From NCBI RefSeq assembly GCF_014635685.1, contig NZ_BMDH01000006.1:48318-72317 (forward strand): 24,000 nucleotides of DNA. Direction: 5' to 3'. Source of the DNA: Galliscardovia ingluviei. Lineage in GTDB: Bacteria; Actinomycetota; Actinomycetes; Actinomycetales; Bifidobacteriaceae. Under the pieces are notes generated by a model. The model was not told the DNA's origin. It searched no databases and saw only the letters and a list, made by a program, of their open reading frames with translations. A program made the position numbers and the translations under genes. Position 1 is the stretch's first letter. Every line of letters begins with the position of its first letter. Of the stretch, positions 14,674 to 20,283 are shown in pieces.

Positions 14674-15120
14674 GTGAACACTATTATTGCCAATCAAGTA
14701 TCTACCCTCACTTGCACACGAGTAGAAGATAGCGACACCTTTGAAACCACAGTGCCAGACCTCATTGATTACATGCAATTCCGCGCGACTAATAGTCCAG
14801 ACCTCATACACGATGAGCTCTACCACTATGGTGGTGAAATGTTCAAAGAACTCACCGAACAGTATCGAGCACTGTACAAGAAGGCAAACGCCGACCCTGT
14901 AGAAACCCCAGTACTACCAGCACCATACAGGCAACAGCAACAGCAGTTAGAACAGCAGATTATAGACAAGTTCACCAGCCTTGCAGACGAGCCTATCACC
15001 ATCTTGTGCTGTCTCGCTACGGTGTTCGAGTATCGAGACCCAGACGAAGAATCATGGACTGGTGTACTCAACAACGGGCACGAAATCATTATCGACATTC
15101 TTAAAATGCGCGTGCTCTAA
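14674..15120 (+). CDS. hypothetical protein, local family D
   Basis: GTG start after GGAAGGAA. Paralogue of 14166..14573. Confidence 0.65.
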   Translation: MNTIIANQVSTLTCTRVEDSDTFETTVPDLIDYMQFRATNSPDLIHDELYHYGGEMFKELTEQYRALYKKANADPVETPVLPAPYRQQQQQLEQQIIDKFTSLADEPITILCCLATVFEYRDPDEESWTGVLNNGHEIIIDILKMRVL

Positions 15121-15133
15121 AACCTTATAGCAA

Positions 15134-15169
15134 GGCGTGTAGTCGGCTTATACCCGCCAACTACACGCC
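15134..15169 (+). other. 10-bp perfect hairpin without a U-tract
   Basis: GGCGTGTAGT (15134-15143) pairs with ACTACACGCC (15160-15169) around a 16-nt loop. It sits between 14674..15120 and 15195..15569, where no cassette promoter is present. Confidence 0.5.
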
Positions 15170-15194
15170 ATCAATATCAAGAGAGGAATAAACC

Positions 15195-15569
15195 ATGAAC
15201 GACACAACCATCAACTTCACCATCACCATGAGCTCACAGGATATTGTGCACAGGATAGCAGAAAAAACCCACGGCACTATCAGCTACTACAAACGCTCAT
15301 ACAAGCTCAGCGCAAAAGCACGCAAAATGCTAGAAAAAACAGAAACATACCGTAATACTGAACAGCTCATAAACGAGCTAGAAGCCACGCCATACGAGTA
15401 CATTAACCAAGAAAAAATTGAACAGTTGCGCACGCAATGCGACAGAGCGTTTTGGCGTGCAGTAACACTATTCAGCGAAATGACCCCACGGGAGCAAGCA
15501 ATCATGGTGAACATGGTTCTCAACTATCCAACAGGTAGCGAACAGGAGCACGTGCAAGCACAAGCATAA
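15195..15569 (+). CDS. hypothetical protein (124 aa)
   Basis: AGAGGAA RBS 6 nt upstream. Confidence 0.6.
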   Translation: MNDTTINFTITMSSQDIVHRIAEKTHGTISYYKRSYKLSAKARKMLEKTETYRNTEQLINELEATPYEYINQEKIEQLRTQCDRAFWRAVTLFSEMTPREQAIMVNMVLNYPTGSEQEHVQAQA

Positions 15570-15575
15570 GCACCG

Positions 15576-15611
15576 TGAGCCTCAATAACGTACACAGGTT
15601 GTTGAGGCTCA
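15576..15611 (+). other. 10-bp hairpin without a U-tract
   Basis: TGAGCCTCAA (15576-15585) pairs with TTGAGGCTCA (15602-15611) around a 16-nt loop, directly after the stop of 15195..15569. Confidence 0.45.
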
Positions 15612-15647
15612 ACTTCGTGCGCGTGTGAGTTTCCCGAAGCAAAGTAG

Positions 15648-15666
15648 CACAGCCTATAATTAAATC
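15648..15666 (+). promoter_or_regulatory. promoter cassette core only (copy 11)
   Basis: CACAGCC then TATAAT 15655-15660 followed by TAAATC. The upstream boxes are not conserved. A G-poor leader runs to ATG 15716. Confidence 0.45.
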
Positions 15667-15715
15667 ACACACAAACACATAAACCCCAACCAACAGTAGA
15701 AACGGAGACAACACT

Positions 15716-16276
15716 ATGAGCGACCTCGCCCGACTAGCAGGACAATTAAACGACACCACACCAACCACCACCATACAAGCCACACCAACCCCACCCAAGC
15801 AGAAGCCAGTGGAGCGGACAGTAGACACCAGTATCCCCGTCACACCACCAGCCGCCGTATACACGGACAAATGGTACTACCATTCTAATCTTGTGCAAGC
15901 AGTCACATTCCTCACGCTAGTATCCTTATTTATCATCATTGACCATCTACCTCCACAAACCAAGCCAGAAGCCAGTGAAATATACCTCATAGTAAACGGG
16001 CTCATCGCCGCCGCAGTATTCGCAGGAATCGCCTATATTGCATTCAAAGTAGTGGAAGAGTTCACAGACAGAGCGCGCAACAATCAAATACGCAAAACTC
16101 TCGAAAACGCCTACGGTCTGAAAGTCAGCCACGTGCTACGCACCGTAGAAGGCTACACCATCACCACGCTGGAATCCGGCGGAGACAACACGTGGCATAC
16201 GAGAGACCAGCGCGTCTACGAGCATGGCACACACTTGTACTTGGGTGAAATCCTAGACGAAGGAGACAACCAGTGA
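15716..16276 (+). CDS. membrane protein with a Pro/Thr-rich N-terminus and two predicted TM helices
   Basis: ACGGAGAC RBS. Hydrophobic stretches are AVTFLTLVSLFIIIDHL and LIVNGLIAAAVFAGIAYIAF. Confidence 0.65.
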   Translation: MSDLARLAGQLNDTTPTTTIQATPTPPKQKPVERTVDTSIPVTPPAAVYTDKWYYHSNLVQAVTFLTLVSLFIIIDHLPPQTKPEASEIYLIVNGLIAAAVFAGIAYIAFKVVEEFTDRARNNQIRKTLENAYGLKVSHVLRTVEGYTITTLESGGDNTWHTRDQRVYEHGTHLYLGEILDEGDNQ

Positions 16277-16572
16277 AACAGCAACAGCCTGAAAACCTCC
16301 TCGAACAAGACGTGCAAGAATACGTGAACGAACACCCTAACGTGAGCGTTGCGGAAGCGTACAGGGACGGGCGTATCACCGACCCAACCGACCGTGAAAT
16401 CTTGGCGGCTAGCCGCTCTATCGGAAAGCATCATGCTCGCACAGTGAAGAAGAATCATGAGCCGGTATTGTACTGCCCGTCTTGTCTTGTGTTTTTTGAC
16501 AGTTGGACTGATGCGAATAAGCATGTGGTTGAGCAGTTGTTGGATGCTATGGCGTTTGAGCGGCAACTGTAG
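16273..16572 (+). CDS. small protein with a C2H2-like element (CPSC...H)
   Basis: GTG 16273 overlaps the upstream TGA (GTGA), with AAGGAG upstream. YCPSCLVFFDSWTDANKHVVE resembles a C2H2 zinc-finger-like segment. Confidence 0.55.
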   Translation: MKQQQPENLLEQDVQEYVNEHPNVSVAEAYRDGRITDPTDREILAASRSIGKHHARTVKKNHEPVLYCPSCLVFFDSWTDANKHVVEQLLDAMAFERQL

Positions 16573-16577
16573 CGTGG

Positions 16578-16635
16578 TGCGGCAGCTTGTTTTTCGGTTT
16601 TGGTTGAGCGTGGTTTCACAGCCTAGTATTACGGT
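16578..16635 (+). promoter_or_regulatory. repeated promoter cassette, copy 12 (drives the bro-ssb block)
   Basis: TGCGGCAG 16578-16585, TTTCACAGCC then TAGTAT 16624-16629. The gap is 38 nt, the middle box is not conserved, and the leader is longer (87 nt). Confidence 0.45.
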
Positions 16636-16716
16636 GCCACTTTTCAGAATCGCGTAATCAGGAGCGGAGTGTACCGCTGCCACAACGGTCGTAACAATAG
16701 TGAAAGGAACAAGATT

Positions 16717-17517
16717 ATGGAACAGAACAGTATCCAACAATACACATTCGAGAACAGTAACATTCGCACGATTGAAGAGAACGGCAATGTGTTGTTTTGC
16801 GGGAAAGATGTCGCTACAGCACTCGGATACACTAACCCAAATAAAGCAATTACAGACCATTGCCATGGGGTAACGAAACGTTACCCCATCGTAGATAGCC
16901 TTGGAAGGACACAAGAAGCACGCTTCATCACAGAAGGTGACGTATACCGTCTCATCGCATCAAGCAAACTCCCCCAAGCAGTCAAATTCGAGCACTGGCT
17001 GTTCGATGAAGTCGTACCCTCAATTCGCAAGCACGGCGCATACATGACCGAACAAACCCTCGAACAAGCACTCACCGACCCCGACTTCCTTATCAGGCTC
17101 GCAACCGAACTTAAAGAAGAAAAACAAGCCCGCCTACAAGCAGAACAAAAAATCCAAGAACTCGAACCCAAAGCCAAACTCATGGAGGACTTTATTAACC
17201 TCGACAGCACGTACAGCGTAGCCGACACCGCCAAACTCTTACGCAACGTAGGCATCAACATGGGGCAAAACCAGCTCTACCAGCAGCTCGCACAAATGCA
17301 CTGGATATTCCGGCGCGAAGGCGCGTGGAAACCCTACGAAACGCACGTGCAAGCAGGAGACTTAGCGCTCAGACCCTACACCAAGCAGGGCAAACACTCA
17401 GACGGCACACCATTCGCCTACCAACCACAGGTGCGTTTAACCGGACGCGGCATCATGCTCCTCACTGGACGGTTAAGTGAGCAGCAACTCCAGCAGGCAC
17501 TCCAAACAGCACTCTAA
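16717..17517 (+). CDS. Bro-N / KilAC-domain antirepressor-like protein
   Basis: ATG 16717 follows GAAAGGAAC. The N-terminus FENSNIRTIEENGNVLFCGKDVATALGY.NPNKAI is Bro-N-like. The C-terminus MEDFINLDSTYSVADTAKLL...GQNQLYQQL...PYETHVQAG is KilAC/ANT-like. Confidence 0.8.
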   Translation: MEQNSIQQYTFENSNIRTIEENGNVLFCGKDVATALGYTNPNKAITDHCHGVTKRYPIVDSLGRTQEARFITEGDVYRLIASSKLPQAVKFEHWLFDEVVPSIRKHGAYMTEQTLEQALTDPDFLIRLATELKEEKQARLQAEQKIQELEPKAKLMEDFINLDSTYSVADTAKLLRNVGINMGQNQLYQQLAQMHWIFRREGAWKPYETHVQAGDLALRPYTKQGKHSDGTPFAYQPQVRLTGRGIMLLTGRLSEQQLQQALQTAL

Positions 17518-17550
17518 CCAACCCACTTAGTCAAACAGAAAGTAACCATT

Positions 17551-17694
17551 GTGAGTGAAAAACAACTCAAAACCATCATCAGCCTCATTGACCAAGGGCA
17601 CAGTGACGCGGAAATCAGCCAACTCACGAACACGCAGCTCCCCGTCATCGCACAAATACGATGGGACTATAATCATAGAAAAATCAGCGTGTAG
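17551..17694 (+). CDS. possible small helix-turn-helix protein (47 aa)
   Basis: GTG start. VSEKQLKTIISLIDQGHSDAEISQLTNTQLPVIAQIRWDYNHRKISV* contains a classic HTH segment. The RBS is weak (GAAAGTAA). It competes with the 5' part of the listed 17555 ORF in another frame. Confidence 0.4.
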   Translation: MSEKQLKTIISLIDQGHSDAEISQLTNTQLPVIAQIRWDYNHRKISV

Positions 17695-17713
17695 ACGGGA
17701 GACTAAACCTACT

Positions 17714-17971
17714 ATGAGAAGCCCATGCCCACAATGCGGGTTCATACAGCTCGCTCTCACTACAAGCGGCTGGAAGTGCATGGCTTGCCAATACAAGCTA
17801 CAGACAGCAAGCCGCACACCACCAAGAACCGTAGCATGGAAGGCGCGCGCTAACAGCGGATACCTCGCCCCCGTCATCAGCTACACGAGCCCAAAACCAG
17901 CACCACCATCCTATGAGCCAACCACGAGCTCGCATCGAAAACGACACCGTAAACAACACCAACACCATTAA
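17714..17971 (+). CDS. possible zinc-ribbon protein with a low-complexity basic tail
   Basis: ATG 17714 has GGGAG 12 nt upstream. CPQCG...CMAC lies at the N-terminus. The P/S/T/H-rich tail could be a composition artefact. Confidence 0.35.
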   Translation: MRSPCPQCGFIQLALTTSGWKCMACQYKLQTASRTPPRTVAWKARANSGYLAPVISYTSPKPAPPSYEPTTSSHRKRHRKQHQHH

Positions 17972-17984
17972 GGAGAACAGTATT

Positions 17985-18419
17985 ATGGCAAACGAACCAC
18001 ACATTGAAATCACCGGATACGCTTCCAACGTGAAACACTGGCAGAACGAGCGCATCACGTTCAGCGTGGCAGTCACCCCATCATATAAAAACCAGCAAGG
18101 GCAGTGGGTGAACCAGCCGACCATGTTCTTTAACGTGTCATGCACGCGCAACGAAACCAAAAAAACGGCGCAGCAGATTGAACAGTTACTGAACAGCGGT
18201 AACGCGGTTCGCGTGCTGGTGACGGGAGCGTTCACTGAATCAGAAAACAAGCAGGGTGGCGCGGCGTTCAAGAATGTTATGCCTGACCGGATTGGTATTG
18301 TGGAATATCATCCGAAACGTAACAGTAGCGCGCCGAACGGTGGCGGTCAGCCGATGTTCCAGCAGCCGCAGTCGGCGGGCGGGCAGGCTTATGACCCTTG
18401 GTCACCTCAAGGCGTATAA
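17985..18419 (+). CDS. ssb: single-stranded DNA-binding protein
   Basis: ATG 17985 lies 9 nt after AAGGAG. The OB-fold-like N-terminus (IEITGYASNV...FSVAV...QGQWVNQPTMFFNVSC...NAVRVLVTGAF) is followed by a G/Q/P-rich tail ending in YDPWSPQGV. Confidence 0.8.
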   Translation: MANEPHIEITGYASNVKHWQNERITFSVAVTPSYKNQQGQWVNQPTMFFNVSCTRNETKKTAQQIEQLLNSGNAVRVLVTGAFTESENKQGGAAFKNVMPDRIGIVEYHPKRNSSAPNGGGQPMFQQPQSAGGQAYDPWSPQGV

Positions 18420-18438
18420 ACTGCCATTGGATATGGTT

Positions 18439-18494
18439 GAGCCTCCTTGTTTTCTGCACGTGTTGTGTGAGAAAGCTAGGAGGCTCTTTTGTTT
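18439..18494 (+). terminator. terminator after ssb
   Basis: GAGCCTCCT (18439-18447) pairs with AGGAGGCTC (18478-18486) around a large 30-nt loop. TTTTGTTT follows. It lies between convergent ssb and hicB. Confidence 0.55.
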
Positions 18495-18864
18495 AGGCGC
18501 TAACAGTGGTACGCAATAACTGATGTACGCGCTGGTAGCTAATACCAAGCAGTGCGCCAATATCCCTCAAGGTCATGCCGTTACTATGCAAACTGAGTGC
18601 GGCTTGACGCTGCTTGTGTTGCGCTTCCTGTTCGAGACGTTGTGCTTCTGCCTTGAGCTGTATAGATTCTTCTACCTCATTTGGAATGGCATATTGGATA
18701 TTGAGTTGTGGGTTTTGTTCGCCCGTAACGACCGTAATAAAGTCTTGTGCCATGCTGCGTATTTCTTTTACGTTAGTCGCCATGGTGTATTGGTCGAGTT
18801 CTGGGATTTCTAGTGCCCAGTATTTTCCGTCTGGTATGGCTCGCACGGTGTATGTTTGGCTCAT
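18493..18864 (-). CDS. hicB: HicB-family antitoxin with a C-terminal HTH
   Basis: YTVRAIPDGKYWALEIPELD..TMATNVKEIRSMAQDFI is HicB-like. The C-terminal MTLRDIGALLGISYQRVHQLL is an HTH. ATG 18864 overlaps the hicA stop (ATGA). GTG 18870 is an alternative start. Confidence 0.8.
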   Translation of the reverse strand: MSQTYTVRAIPDGKYWALEIPELDQYTMATNVKEIRSMAQDFITVVTGEQNPQLNIQYAIPNEVEESIQLKAEAQRLEQEAQHKQRQAALSLHSNGMTLRDIGALLGISYQRVHQLLRTTVSA

Positions 18865-19079
18865 TTCCACCAGTCCTTTCCAAGTTTTTCTGCGGCTTGC
18901 TTGTATATTGAAGCGGTTGTAAGCTCAGGTATTTCTTTATGCCTTGGAATGACAATCATTTTGCCGTCTAGTAGCCAAATGTCGTGGTTGCCTCCTTTGC
19001 GTGGGGCTTGCTCGAATGGCATGTTACGCGCTTTGGCGGCTTTTCGTAGTGCTTTGATGATTGCCTTTTGCTTTGTCAC
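18861..19079 (-). CDS. hicA: HicA-family mRNA-interferase toxin
   Basis: A 72-aa product with KGGNHDIW...IPRHKEIPELTTASIYKQ, matching the HicA pattern (GSH...vP.H.ei..gt...I.kq). GTG start with no RBS. Confidence 0.8.
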   Translation of the reverse strand: MTKQKAIIKALRKAAKARNMPFEQAPRKGGNHDIWLLDGKMIVIPRHKEIPELTTASIYKQAAEKLGKDWWK

Positions 19080-19086
19080 AAAAGCT

Positions 19087-19095
19087 ATTCTACCA
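19087..19095 (-). promoter_or_regulatory. extended -10 (TGGTAGAAT) placed for a leaderless hicA transcript
   Basis: The reverse complement of 19087-19095 is TGGTAGAAT. Only 7 nt separate the hexamer from GTG 19079. The 8-bp palindrome ACAGCTGT at 19106-19113 lies in the -35 zone. Confidence 0.45.
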
Positions 19096-19148
19096 CACTA
19101 GACAAACAGCTGTGAATATGTATCACCAAAAAACCACACCATTGTATT

Positions 19149-19182
19149 GTAGCCTAGTATTAAAGCAATAACACTGTATAAT
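19149..19182 (+). promoter_or_regulatory. promoter region of the nuclease/T4SS operon (cassette-like core plus consensus extended -10)
   Basis: GTAGCC then TAGTAT 19155-19160 followed by TAAAGC resembles the cassette core. TGTATAAT at 19175-19182 is a perfect extended -10, 41 nt before ATG 19224. Confidence 0.45.
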
Positions 19183-19223
19183 AGAACCAATAACCCAGCC
19201 ACCCCCACAGCAAAGGACAAACC

Positions 19224-20282
19224 ATGCGCACAAGCATAAAAACCACCATCACAACCCTCACCATCAGCGCCCTCACAATCCTCACCTTACCCGCCCTAGC
19301 ACAAGCCGACACCGCCCCAACAGCCATCAACACCCTCAACACGCTCACCGTCAGTCCGCAAGCCAACAACTACTCACAAAAACGAGACCGACCAGCAGAC
19401 TGGGCACAAGCCAACAACAATCCCGGCGACTACTCCACCACAAGAGACACCATACTCGCCAGAGACATGACCAACACCACATACAACAAATACCACCAAG
19501 TACAATCAGGCACACTCAACGACCCATACACCGGCAAAACCATCAACTTCCAACGCACCAACAGGGCAACAGGCACAGGTGACAGCACAGCCGTACAAAT
19601 CGACCACGTAGTAGCATTCGGCGAAGCATGGGAATCAGGTTTAAGCCAACAAAACAAAAACACCATCAACCAGTACTACAACGACCCATACGTGCTCATC
19701 GCCGTAGACGGCAAAGCCAACATGGCAAAAAGCGACAAAGACGCAGCACAATGGCTACCATCAAACGCAGGCAACCCGGACTACAACTGCTACTATGTTG
19801 CGCGACAAATCGGTATTAAACACAAATATCATTTAAGCGTTGATAACGCTGAAAAAGCAGCAATGGAGCATGTACTCGCCTCATGCCCAGCCATCACCAT
19901 TCCAACCGAAGGTGGCATCACATGGCAAACCAACACCAGCGCCAATACTGGAAACAATGACAGCAGCAACACCGGCAACGCCGGTAATGCTGAAAACTCG
20001 GGCAGCAGTGACAGTACGCCAACACCAGCAGAACAACCAAAACCAGAAACCAGCAACCCTACCAGCCCACAACAGCCACAATCCCCAGTAACCAACCCCG
20101 CTGACAGTGGACAACACGTGAGCACACAACCCAACCACACCAACAACACAACTACCAGCACGCCACGAGAACAACAACTCGCACAAACGGGCATAGCGTT
20201 AGGCACACTCACCACCATCGTGGTGGCGCTCACCATCGCAGGAATCGCACTCACCACAACACGACTGAAAGAAACACGATAA
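19224..20282 (+). CDS. secreted, LAxTG cell-wall-anchored DUF1524/HNH-type nuclease
   Basis: The signal peptide is MRTSIKTTITTLTISALTILTLPALAQA. The nuclease core is AVQIDHVVAFGEAWESG...AVDGKANMAKSDKDAAQWLP. A long N/S/T/P/Q linker follows. The C-terminus LAQTG plus hydrophobic helix plus RLKETR is a sortase signal. Confidence 0.75.
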   Translation: MRTSIKTTITTLTISALTILTLPALAQADTAPTAINTLNTLTVSPQANNYSQKRDRPADWAQANNNPGDYSTTRDTILARDMTNTTYNKYHQVQSGTLNDPYTGKTINFQRTNRATGTGDSTAVQIDHVVAFGEAWESGLSQQNKNTINQYYNDPYVLIAVDGKANMAKSDKDAAQWLPSNAGNPDYNCYYVARQIGIKHKYHLSVDNAEKAAMEHVLASCPAITIPTEGGITWQTNTSANTGNNDSSNTGNAGNAENSGSSDSTPTPAEQPKPETSNPTSPQQPQSPVTNPADSGQHVSTQPNHTNNTTTSTPREQQLAQTGIALGTLTTIVVALTIAGIALTTTRLKETR

Positions 20283-20283
20283 C

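Noticed and set aside
1814-16635. An integron-style cassette array, with the repeats acting as attC sites.
   Set aside because: No integrase or attI is in the window. I saw no RYYYAAC/GTTRRRY inverse-core and core pair. The conserved part is primary sequence (a -10 hexamer plus leader) rather than structure. The local hairpins differ in position from copy to copy, and some units contain several genes.
1814-16635. Frpo-like single-stranded-DNA promoters, as in plasmid leading regions.
   Set aside because: I looked for sequence complementary to the hexamer and its flank (for example GTTTTAATACTA) within about 150 nt of several copies and found none. The -10 region cannot become double-stranded by intrastrand folding. 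The idea is unsupported by the sequence, though early expression in recipients remains possible.
16216-16914. A 232-aa minus-strand ORF spanning two + strand genes and a promoter cassette.
   Set aside because: It is antisense to well-supported + strand genes and to an intergenic promoter. It is Cys/Val/Phe-rich and has no RBS. It is explained by the G-poor + strand, which removes antisense stop codons.
17555-17971. A single 138-aa ORF as listed in the track.
   Set aside because: Its first third is S/T/K-rich low-complexity sequence. That part overlaps a cleaner HTH-encoding frame (17551..17694). The zinc-ribbon part has its own ATG (17714) and a GGGAG upstream. I therefore split it into two low-confidence calls.
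16717-18419. A prophage interpretation (Bro-N/KilAC, ssb, and DUF3310 at 8525).
   Set aside because: There are no capsid, tail, terminase or lysis-cassette genes. The block runs directly into a VirB4-like ATPase and a CHAP/transglycosylase hydrolase typical of Gram-positive conjugation modules.
1814-19182. The recurring intergenic repeats could be a CRISPR-like array.
   Set aside because: The copies are 0.4-3 kb apart at irregular spacing. Each precedes an RBS and start codon and contains a -10-like hexamer. The intervening sequence is protein-coding, and there are no short uniform spacers or cas genes.
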